In this document: positions 19,348 to 27,419 of the stretch, piece by piece
Layout: every line of letters starts with the position of its first letter
Position numbering within the stretch: position 1 is the stretch's first letter
Assembly: GCA_021775755.1 (NCBI GenBank)
Contig: JAJFHE010000013.1
Location: 48,950-112,949 of the forward strand
Source of the DNA: Hyphomicrobiales bacterium
GTDB lineage: Bacteria; Pseudomonadota; Alphaproteobacteria; Rhizobiales; JAJFHB01
Length of the DNA: 64,000 nucleotides
Direction of reading: 5' to 3'
Notes under the pieces: model-generated
Databases searched by the model: none
What the model saw: the letters and a program-made list of their open reading frames with translations, nothing else
What the model was told of the DNA's origin: nothing
Made by a program: the position numbers and the translations under genes

Positions 19348-20790
19348 TCATTTGAGCGACGCTGCGACGTCCCTGATTTTTGCCCAAGCCGCCTCCACGT
19401 GAGCTTTTTGCGTGCCAGTCTGGCCGATGGAAAACCGTATGGCATAGCGGCCGCGCACCCGGTTTTGCGTGAGGTATAGCTCGCCGCTGTCATTGAGCTT
19501 CTGCAACAACTCTTCGTTCAGAGCATCGAGTGCGGCCTCGTCGTCGACGTTTGCGGGGTGAAAGCGGAAGCTGAACAGGGCGAGCCGCAACGGCGACATG
19601 ATCTCAAAGGCCGATTCGCCGGAGACTTCCTCGAACAGGCCGCGCGCCAGCGCAATGTGGGCGCGGATCATTTCCTGCAGGCCGGCGACGCCGTAGCTGC
19701 GGATCACAAACCACAGTTTCAGGGCCCGGAAGCGGCGGCCAAGCGGCACGCTCCAGTTCTGGTAATCGATGACGGCGCCGGTCTCGCGGGAGCGAAGATA
19801 TTCCGGGACAAGCGACAATGTGCGCTCGAGGGCTTGTGCATCGCGCACGAAGAATGCCGTGCAGTCGAAATTGGTGAGCAGCCATTTGTGCGGGTTGAAA
19901 ACGAAACTGTCGGCGAACTCGATACCGTCCAGCATGCCGCGTTCCTCGGGCACGATGAGAGCGGAACCTGCCCAGGCCGCATCGACATGCAGCCAGATTC
20001 CGTAGCCGTCGCAGATCTCCCCGACGGCGCGCAGAGGGTCGACGGCGCCGGTGCCGGTACCGCCAAGACTTGCGGTGACGCAGGCCGGTGTGAAGCCCGC
20101 CGCGATGTCCGCTTCAATCGCTGCGCTGAGCGCTTCGGGCTGCATGGCGAACTCGTCATCCGTTTCGATCTTGCGCAGGGCGGCCTTGCCGTAGCCCGCA
20201 ACCTTCATCGTCTTTTCGATCGACGAATGCGCTTCTTCCGAAACGTAGACCGCGAGCATTATGCCTTCGGCGCCAAGCGCTGCGAGACCTTCTTCGTTGC
20301 CGCGCCAGCCGGTGGCGCGCTCGCGCGCGACAAGCAAAGCGGCGAGCGTGGCGCTTGTTGCGCTGTCGTGAATGACACCCTGGAAATCCGATGGCAGGGA
20401 GAGCATGTCGCGCAGCCATTCCATCATGCGCGTTTCCATTTCAGTGCCGGCAGGCGAGGTCTGCCACAGCATGCACTGCGCGGCGAGTGTCGATGTCAGC
20501 ATTTCCGCCAGCACCGACGGCGGCGACGAGTTGGCCGGGAAATAGGCGAAGAACGAGGGATGCTGCCAATGGGTGATGCCCGGCATCACGTCGCGTTGGA
20601 AGTCGGCGAAGATGTCGGCCATGGGCTCGGGGTTTTGCGGCGCAGTTGCCGGCAGCGTTGCAATGATGTCGCCCGGTGCGGCCTGCGAGCGCACCGAATA
20701 ATCCTCAACGGAGGCGAGATAATCGGCCATCCAGTCGACAAAGTCGTGGCCGTGCTTGCGAAACTCTTCCGGGGACATGGGGCGCCTCAA
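19348..20790 (-). CDS. Pyridoxal-dependent aromatic-L-amino-acid / tyrosine decarboxylase family protein
   Basis: HWQHPSFFAYFPANSS...; PLP-Lys motif SFVFNPHKWLLTNFDCTAFFVRD; 480 aa. Confidence 0.8.
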   Translation of the reverse strand: MRRPMSPEEFRKHGHDFVDWMADYLASVEDYSVRSQAAPGDIIATLPATAPQNPEPMADIFADFQRDVMPGITHWQHPSFFAYFPANSSPPSVLAEMLTSTLAAQCMLWQTSPAGTEMETRMMEWLRDMLSLPSDFQGVIHDSATSATLAALLVARERATGWRGNEEGLAALGAEGIMLAVYVSEEAHSSIEKTMKVAGYGKAALRKIETDDEFAMQPEALSAAIEADIAAGFTPACVTASLGGTGTGAVDPLRAVGEICDGYGIWLHVDAAWAGSALIVPEERGMLDGIEFADSFVFNPHKWLLTNFDCTAFFVRDAQALERTLSLVPEYLRSRETGAVIDYQNWSVPLGRRFRALKLWFVIRSYGVAGLQEMIRAHIALARGLFEEVSGESAFEIMSPLRLALFSFRFHPANVDDEAALDALNEELLQKLNDSGELYLTQNRVRGRYAIRFSIGQTGTQKAHVEAAWAKIRDVAASLK

Positions 20791-20867
20791 GTCTGTGATC
20801 GATCATCACCGACTATCACAGCCGTGCCCATTTTGTGCAGTCAGAAACGCCGCGCCTTCAGAGTTTC

Positions 20868-22517
20868 TTACGCTGCCGCCTGGCGGCAGTAGCAGGAGGC
20901 CTTGATGACGACCTCGGCACGGGCGGCGGCGAGGTCGAGGCGCTGTTTGATGATCGGCGCTTCGACGGTTTCGCCGCGGCGCGCGAGGCATTCGTGCAGA
21001 CCGTGCAGGCTCCAGACGTTTTCGGGGTGCTGACATGCCCGCGACAGTGAACCGTCGAGGCCGAGATCGGCGCGGTAGACGGCTTCGGCCTCTTCGGCGC
21101 GATCCTGTTCAAGGAGCAATGCGCCTAACGCGTGGCGCGCCGGTTGCATCCAGCCCCAGGGTTCGTCATAGGGCAGCGAGTCATCGAGCCCGACCGATTT
21201 GCGCAAATGGTCGAACGCCACATCGAAATTGCCGCGCCGGTACTCAAGCTCGCCATTGAGCATTTCGGTCGCGACTTCAAGCAGGTCGTTCACCGTGTTG
21301 TTGTGCACCCGGCGGCTCTTTGGAACGTTTGCCTTCGCTTCGAGGAACGCTTCGCGCTCGCGTTCTGCATCCTCGATATTGCCAAGCGCGGAGTGCGCAA
21401 CGGTCTTGGCGTAGAGGATCATCGCGGTGGTAGCGCAATAGAGTTCGCGGTCCCCGGGCAGATCCTGATCGATGATGTCCTGCCACTTGCCGAAGCGGAT
21501 GAGGACATGCTGCTTCATCGGCAAGTAGCCCTCCAGAAAGTCGGCCATGGGGGGCGAGGGGATCTGCAAGAGCTCTTCCGGCGTCGTGTCGATCAGTTCC
21601 TGCGCGGCTTCGATTGCCGGCGTGTACTGGCCGAGGAACATGGCGCCGTAGATCGCGAAATGATGATCGTGCACGCGATACATCGAATAGACATTCAGGG
21701 CGCCGGCGCGCTCCAGGAACCGGCGGTCGGCGGCAATGGCCTTCTGGTTGTAAACGACGACGTCGCGATAGTGGCCGCACAGGACGTCGATGTGTGTCGG
21801 CATGTGAATGAGATGGCCGGCATCGGGCACCAGATCGCGCAGCTTGTCACCGGCACGCAGGGCACGTTGGGGAAAGGGCGACATTTCCATCAGGTGGACG
21901 TAGAGGTGCAGCAGTCCCGGATGCGACCATGAGGCTTCGATGTCACGCATTGCGGCTTCAAGAATCTCGACCGCTTCCTCGGTACCCGCGCCTTCCGCGA
22001 CGCCGCCGGTCTGCAGATCCCACATTTTCCACGGCGTGCGGTTCATGATCGCCTCTGCGAAGACGGTGGTGATTTCAAGGTCCTGCGGGTGCGCCTTAAA
22101 TACTTCGCGCATCGCGTCTGCATAGTCGTCATTCCACAGCGACATGTCTTCGATCGGATCTCGTGCGGGATAGCGCGCCGGCAAGGCCTCGATCAAGGCA
22201 CGCTCGACCGGCGTGATGCCCTCTACGCAAGCAAGCGCCTGCTCCATGGCATCGTATGCCAGCACCAGCGCTTTTTCCCGGCCAGCCGGGTCATAGAGGT
22301 GCCATGGCAAATTGTAGTTTGGACCAGCCGCGTAGGAGATGCCCCAGTGGGCCATGGCGCAGTCCGGGTCCGCCTCCAGTGCCTTTTGAAAACACTCAAT
22401 CGCTTCGCCGTGGTTATAGGCGTAGGTCCAGTTGAGACCGCGATCGAACCAGAGTTGGGCTTCGGGAGGCTTTGCCGTTATTGGTCGTTTGAATGCACCA
22501 AGATCGTAATAGTCCAT
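20868..22517 (-). CDS. Tetratricopeptide-repeat protein (~550 aa)
   Basis: Start placed at MDYYDLGAFKRP (RBS GGAGG 7 nt upstream) inside ORF 20868..22787; multiple TPR-like helical hairpins (WFDRGLNWTYAYNHGEAIECFQKALEADPDCAMAHWG...). Confidence 0.6.
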   Translation of the reverse strand: MDYYDLGAFKRPITAKPPEAQLWFDRGLNWTYAYNHGEAIECFQKALEADPDCAMAHWGISYAAGPNYNLPWHLYDPAGREKALVLAYDAMEQALACVEGITPVERALIEALPARYPARDPIEDMSLWNDDYADAMREVFKAHPQDLEITTVFAEAIMNRTPWKMWDLQTGGVAEGAGTEEAVEILEAAMRDIEASWSHPGLLHLYVHLMEMSPFPQRALRAGDKLRDLVPDAGHLIHMPTHIDVLCGHYRDVVVYNQKAIAADRRFLERAGALNVYSMYRVHDHHFAIYGAMFLGQYTPAIEAAQELIDTTPEELLQIPSPPMADFLEGYLPMKQHVLIRFGKWQDIIDQDLPGDRELYCATTAMILYAKTVAHSALGNIEDAEREREAFLEAKANVPKSRRVHNNTVNDLLEVATEMLNGELEYRRGNFDVAFDHLRKSVGLDDSLPYDEPWGWMQPARHALGALLLEQDRAEEAEAVYRADLGLDGSLSRACQHPENVWSLHGLHECLARRGETVEAPIIKQRLDLAAARAEVVIKASCYCRQAAA

Positions 22518-22680
22518 GAGGCCTCCTGCGATGGGTCGTGCGCCCGGCAATCGGGTACCGCCAAGTCTGACAGATCGTGCGATCTCACGGAACCCTTCGG
22601 GTATTCCCAGACTCGGCTCGACACCGCTCACCTGTATTCCTAGTCTGCGACCCCCGGGCAGCCGGCAAGGACGGAGCGGT

Positions 22681-22902
22681 ATGTGGTCGAAAAATGCACT
22701 GACTGAACGATTGAACCTGGACTGGCCAATCCTGCAGGCGCCGATGGGGGAACTGACGACGCCCGCGCTGGCCGCCGCCGTCGCCAATGCGGGCGGTGTT
22801 GGCGGCCTGGGAATGTGGGGATTTTCGGGTGAAGAGGCCGAGCGGCGTGTCGCCGGTTTTCGTCAGCAGAGCGGGGGATGTCTTAACGTCAATGCTGAGT
22901 AA
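22681..22902 (+). pseudogene. Truncated nitronate monooxygenase (NMO) N-terminal fragment, ~73 codons
   Basis: MWSKNALTERLNLDWPILQAPMGELTTPALAAAVANAGGVGGLGMWGF = canonical NMO N-terminus; frame terminates at 22902 exactly where GC content collapses. Confidence 0.6.
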
Positions 22903-23151
22903 CTCATATGTTCCTTTTTGCGATTGAGTGCATTGGACGGCAGTCGTATTACCTCTTGGCCAAAGACAGTAAACGCCGAACACCCGAGAAATATATCCGT
23001 ATACGGATGTACACGGCATTAGAATTCAAATAAAAGTGAAATGTAGAATGGTTCTCTTGAGTTAATTTATTTGATTTAGCGCTGCTTTCTCGCAATCATA
23101 ATATCTGTTGATACATTGTTGATTGTAAAAATTTGGAAAGGCAGAACGTTT

Positions 23152-24627
23152 ATGGCCATATCAGACATTCACGATCAAATGGAGCAGGCCTGCCAAGATC
23201 AGTTTGGCTTCGGTGTTCGGTATGTTTTTCTTCTGGAATCATTTGCGTATTCAATAAGTCAGATGATTGCGCTTGGCGTACATCAAAATTGGCCAACCAC
23301 CCGAAAAGAAATATTTCTGAGCTTTGACGTAGACCCGGCTAATGTCGCTCTCGCAGAAAACGTTGCGACCTCGAATTTCGATGTTGACGCAAAGTATGAT
23401 GTAATCCTTCATCTCCCCAACGTTCCAACCGACGTGATCACACAATACACTGTGCAGTTTAGTGGTGGAACGGCAACCGTCGGTATCGACCCCACCATTG
23501 ACAACAAACTGTCACTTAACTTGGCTGATCGAGGTATCTATAACTGGAAAGCTCAGAGTAGACCATCCGACTTTCTTGACAAAATTAAAGCCGCCGGGTT
23601 TGTTGACGACGATGGCAATCCAGATGAACAGGAATTTCTGAGATTTGAGTTCGCTCTATTTACTTTCCAGCCAGACTATTTCTTGAGCGGCCTTTTAGAT
23701 CTTATCCAGTTCCCAGTTGTGCGGGAAGGTCTGAAGACCTTCCGCCTTGGATCTCCATTGAATATAACATTTACTCCTGACTATATTGCAGTGCATTCTG
23801 AAAATATTGAGTACGAAGATAGGCCTTGCACTTTTGGAATATCTTCAGCATCGCAAATATCGGTTCTGGTATCAGATGAGGAGATCAAGAAAAACACAAA
23901 TACCGTGTTTTATTCTGAAGAAATGGAGAATGTTGCAGTTACATTTGATGAAAAACTCGATGAAATGAGAACATTTATAAATGAAGTAAATGTAAATATA
24001 GGTCCATTTGGAGAATATCCAATTGTGTATTACTATCGGAAAAATATTTTGTATGATTACACTTTTGGAAAAGTGAAACCTTCCGTTACTTATTCGGACA
24101 GGAATCGCTTTGGACCATTTAGGTGGTACTATGCGATTACTGCCGCACTGTCCCACCTAGCAATTGCATTTCAACAAATCTCTCCGACAACGGCAAAATT
24201 AACACTGGATGTTCCGCTCGAAATGTTCGGGCAAGCCGGTGCCAGCATCCGCCTAGGCTGTGTTACTTACAATGTACTGAATGTGGCGTGTGAAGGGTCG
24301 GTGAATCCACTAACTGTTGAGGCAGAGGGTGGGGTAAATATGAACACACATGAGGTGTTCTTGTCGACCAAGCTGGCCAACGCCAATCCGCGACTCAGAT
24401 GGAGTACAGGTTTCGGGTTTCCTTTTGATCAGATTGCGACGAAATTAATCAATTGGATATTGAGGAAGGAATTTCGTAAGTTCATTGGCCGGCCTACGGA
24501 TATCCTACGAGTACCGCTCGCTGATATATCCGATGTCGCTATATCCTCGGACCTTCAGTTTGGCGCCCTGGGGTCTGATGCAAAAACTGATTCACTGTTA
24601 ATCGGTTTGCATTTGGACCGGGGCTAA
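23152..24627 (+). CDS. AT-rich orphan protein of unknown function (491 aa), horizontally acquired
   Basis: Uninterrupted 1.5 kb ORF in ~40% GC DNA in a ~63% GC genome; ATG 23152 has GGAAAGG RBS; no signal peptide, TM helix or recognisable catalytic motif. Confidence 0.65.
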   Translation: MAISDIHDQMEQACQDQFGFGVRYVFLLESFAYSISQMIALGVHQNWPTTRKEIFLSFDVDPANVALAENVATSNFDVDAKYDVILHLPNVPTDVITQYTVQFSGGTATVGIDPTIDNKLSLNLADRGIYNWKAQSRPSDFLDKIKAAGFVDDDGNPDEQEFLRFEFALFTFQPDYFLSGLLDLIQFPVVREGLKTFRLGSPLNITFTPDYIAVHSENIEYEDRPCTFGISSASQISVLVSDEEIKKNTNTVFYSEEMENVAVTFDEKLDEMRTFINEVNVNIGPFGEYPIVYYYRKNILYDYTFGKVKPSVTYSDRNRFGPFRWYYAITAALSHLAIAFQQISPTTAKLTLDVPLEMFGQAGASIRLGCVTYNVLNVACEGSVNPLTVEAEGGVNMNTHEVFLSTKLANANPRLRWSTGFGFPFDQIATKLINWILRKEFRKFIGRPTDILRVPLADISDVAISSDLQFGALGSDAKTDSLLIGLHLDRG

Positions 24628-24717
24628 CTTTCAGGCCTCGGAGTTAGTTAGGGTCAAAACCCAATCAAAGTGTTGAATTAAAGTAGCAAATCAGATTCAA
24701 AGCCTGCAATCAACGGA

Positions 24718-24945
24718 TTGAAGGCTTATATGGCTCGTTTGTTCTGGCTTTCAGATGCCCAATGGGCTGTCATTGAACCGCATCTGCCCAAAAACCAGCC
24801 GGGCGCACGGCGCGTCGATGACCGGCGTGTGATCTCCGGGATCATTCATGTCTTCAAGACGGGTTGCCGCTGGTGCGATTGTGCCGATGAGTACGTCCAT
24901 CGACAGCACCTATATCAAGGCACACCGCTCGGCCCATGGCGGTAA
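24718..24945 (+). pseudogene. IS5-family transposase orfA with internal deletion/frameshift
   Basis: Conserved N-terminus then frame divergence (CADEYVHRQHLYQ... vs expected continuation found in another frame). Confidence 0.6.
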
Positions 24946-24951
24946 AGGGGG

Positions 24952-25377
24952 GCGAAAACGCAGGCTATCGGCCCCTCGCGCGGCGGACAAACAACCAAAA
25001 TCCATGCCCTGACAGATGTCATCGGACGCCCCTTCGCCTTCACGCTCACCCCAGGCAACGTCTCAGACACAAGCGCCGCACCCGTTCTGCTGACGGCTTT
25101 GCAGGGGGCACGTTATGTCCTTGGCGATAAGGGATATGATGCTGATGCGCTTCGAAAAATGCTACGGGCTTCGAACACGGTTCCCGTCATACCCGGCCGG
25201 CGCAATCGCAAACGAACAATCGTGTATGACAAGCGTCGATACCGTGACCGTCATCTCATCGAAAACGCCTGCTGCCGCCTCAAAGACTTCCGCCGCGTCG
25301 CAACCCGTTATGACAAACTCGCCAGGATCTTCCTGTCAGCTGTCGCACTGGCAACCCTCGTCGCTTCCTGGATATGA
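24952..25377 (+). CDS. IS5-family transposase orfB (DDE domain portion)
   Basis: GDKGYD...IENACCRLKDFRRVATRYDKLARIF motif. Confidence 0.6.
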   Translation, partial: AKTQAIGPSRGGQTTKIHALTDVIGRPFAFTLTPGNVSDTSAAPVLLTALQGARYVLGDKGYDADALRKMLRASNTVPVIPGRRNRKRTIVYDKRRYRDRHLIENACCRLKDFRRVATRYDKLARIFLSAVALATLVASWI

Positions 25378-25398
25378 TTGAGTCTGAACCCTAACGGT

Positions 25399-26118
25399 TC
25401 ACTCAAGCTCATATGCATGTGTGCGGATCACACCGCCGAACTGTTCAACTTCGCACAGTATCCGTTCGCGTTTCGGCGCGAGGTTGAAAGGCGGGCGCGT
25501 CAGCACCACGCCGCTCCCGGAGTGGAGCCGGATTGACGGGCCGATAGGCTTGTCCACGTTCGCCGGAAAGTCATCGCCCGACGGCAAGTGTTCCGTGACC
25601 AGGAGATGCTGGAAAGTGCCCCGGAGTTTGCTGACAAATCGTATGATGTCATCGTTGGGTAAATGCTGCAGCACCTGCCGAACAAGCGCGACATCGCCGC
25701 CGGGCAGTTCGTTTTTGACCATGTCCAGGACGCGAAAACTCAGGTTTGCCTGCCGGTACAAGGTTCGATTTTCATCGATCAGGCCGGCGACCAGATCGCA
25801 GGCAAGATATGAAGACGAAAATTCTACGAGTTGTGCACCAACATTGAAGTCGCCGCAGCCGAGATCGACGACGTCGGGCTTCTTGCCGAGCACCCTGATA
25901 AATTCCTGCACCGCAGTCACATAGGTGTCGACGATCGCCGGGTCGTGGGAGCCACCTCCGGAGAAATACTCTCTGTTGTCGGTGTGAGCAGGGCCCCAGG
26001 CGTCATCGCGATAGATTTTCTCGAATACCTGCCGGCTGTTCAAACCGGAATAACCTGCCTCACGGCGAAACAGGCGGTTTAATTTCCGGCTTGCAAAAGC
26101 TTTGAGGCGGTCAGGCAT
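25399..26118 (-). CDS. Class I SAM-dependent methyltransferase
   Basis: VVDLGCGDFNVG motif I, acidic motif II ACDL, motif IV LRQVLQHL; start placed at MPDRLKAF inside ORF 25399..26268. Confidence 0.6.
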   Translation of the reverse strand: MPDRLKAFASRKLNRLFRREAGYSGLNSRQVFEKIYRDDAWGPAHTDNREYFSGGGSHDPAIVDTYVTAVQEFIRVLGKKPDVVDLGCGDFNVGAQLVEFSSSYLACDLVAGLIDENRTLYRQANLSFRVLDMVKNELPGGDVALVRQVLQHLPNDDIIRFVSKLRGTFQHLLVTEHLPSGDDFPANVDKPIGPSIRLHSGSGVVLTRPPFNLAPKRERILCEVEQFGGVIRTHAYELE

Positions 26119-26587
26119 CGGCGGATTGACTGTTCGTTTGGGCAATTTTCCCACCAAGGTTTCGGCCGGTCTGCATGTGCGCTGGCGCATTCGCGTGGTG
26201 AGCACGCGTGTTGACATCGCAGCAAGTGTCACCTGTCGGGTTTTATGGATTGGCGGTTCGAAGCACAATGCCCGAACTCGATAATTTCAAGAGAAATAGA
26301 TTGCCTGACCGGGCTCTCTGACGGCGAAACCCGATGCGCTTTCATGATTGTTTCTCAGCCCGCACAACGCGTGTCTGGAATGCACTGTCTTCCCCGCGAA
26401 GGATGTCTTGATGTGATGAGAATGCCATTGAAAATCTTCGCCCATACTCTTTGCGTGCAAAGTAAAATGAACTGATTTCAGGGGGATTCAACCGAACAAT
26501 GTAGTTGCGAGGCGCGTTCCCCTATGGAACATTGAGAACGGGCAATGAGTACAGTATGGGGATTAAATTGAGCATCATTGTCGCGAA

Positions 26588-26864
26588 GTGCAGCCAAGAG
26601 CAACGAGCTTGGTGCTGGCGTCGGCCGCCCTGTTTGCAGTGCTGTTGTATGTGCTTGACCAGCGCATCAAACATTGGCGGTTGATGCCATCTTATCTGCT
26701 GGCGACAATCATCATTTTCTATGCGGTCCCGTCCGTAACCGGCACATCTATCACGATGGCCGAAAGGTTGGGGCCCGCGCAAGGGCAGCATTCAGGGGTT
26801 CAGGCAATTGCTGCACGGATCTGGCTGTCCAGTGAGTTAGTCGTCCGAATGGAGCGCAGCTTAA
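26588..26864 (+). pseudogene. N-terminal two-TM membrane segment, probably the frameshifted 5' part of the downstream coiled-coil gene
   Basis: LVLASAALFAVLLYVL and YLLATIIIFYAVPSV hydrophobic helices in frame 2; coiled-coil repeats continue in frame 0 immediately after a TAA at 26862; tandem ACAGATACAGAC at the junction. Confidence 0.35.
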
Positions 26865-27419
26865 GCAAGGTACACGAAGATCAATACAGATACAGACGAG
26901 CTACAGGCCGAACAGACCGAAATCCGGCATCTGAAAGACACGGTTGTCGCGCTGCGGACAAAGATGGAGTCTCTGCAGTTCGACGCCCAGGAAAATGTGC
27001 AGCGTGCTGTTGCCGACAGCAACGATGAGATTATACAGCTTCGCGAGACGGTCAGCGCCTTGCGCGAGGAGTTGGATGATCTAAACCACGAAAAAACCCG
27101 TGCCGTGCAGGAGGTTCTCGCGAGCCATCGCGACGAAATTGAACAGCTCACAAACACCGCACAAGCGCTGCGCGACGAACTGGACAACCTGAACCACGAG
27201 AAGAACACGGCGGTCCAGGAGATGTTGCAGCAAAGCCGTGAGGAAACGGGGCAGCTGCGCGAAACCGCCCAGGCCGTTCGAGATGAGTTGGATGCCGTCA
27301 AGTTCAGCTATGAGGGCAGGATTGAAGAGTTAGAGCGTACGGCGCGGGAGGACCGCAGGCAGTTGCACGAAACGATCACCAAGCTGAGGGAGGAACTGGA
27401 GGGGAAACATGGCAAGTGA
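26865..27419 (+). CDS. Coiled-coil repeat protein (three ~38-aa repeats EIxQLxxTAQALRDELDxLNHEKxxAVQE), translationally coupled to downstream cyclase
   Basis: Repeat-rich heptad sequence; first ATG only at 26964 although repeat-like coding starts right after stop at 26862; stop overlaps start of 27409 gene by 11 nt. Confidence 0.5.
   Translation, partial: ARYTKINTDTDELQAEQTEIRHLKDTVVALRTKMESLQFDAQENVQRAVADSNDEIIQLRETVSALREELDDLNHEKTRAVQEVLASHRDEIEQLTNTAQALRDELDNLNHEKNTAVQEMLQQSREETGQLRETAQAVRDELDAVKFSYEGRIEELERTAREDRRQLHETITKLREELEGKHGK

Larger units (their letters stand above)
24700..25400 (+). mobile_element. IS5-family (IS427/IS1031-group-like) insertion sequence, degraded
   Basis: orfA-like MARLFWLSDAQWAVIEPHLPKNQPGARRVDDRRVISGIIHVFKTGCRW (24718..) loses ~50 conserved codons and shifts frame before STYIKAHRSAHGGKGG (frame 2), then orfB-like DDE region 24952..25377 (...VLGDKGYDADALRKMLR...RYRDRHLIENACCRLKDFRRVATRYDKLA); A-AAG-GGG slippery run at 24944. 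Confidence 0.75.

Noticed and set aside
19558-20892. 444-aa plus-strand ORF overlapping the decarboxylase gene
   Set aside because: Antisense to a PLP-decarboxylase with clear motifs; Arg-rich low-complexity translation.
20868-22787. Full 639-aa extent of the TPR-protein ORF
   Set aside because: N-terminal 90 codons are Arg/Pro/Gly-rich with no RBS; the internal ATG at MDYYDLG has a GGAGG RBS and homologue-like start, so the gene was trimmed to 20868..22517.
22516-22902. 128-aa ORF spanning upstream of the NMO fragment
   Set aside because: Only the last ~73 codons (from ATG 22681) resemble NMO; the upstream part overlaps the divergent TPR-gene promoter region and is featureless, so it was called as a truncated pseudogene instead.
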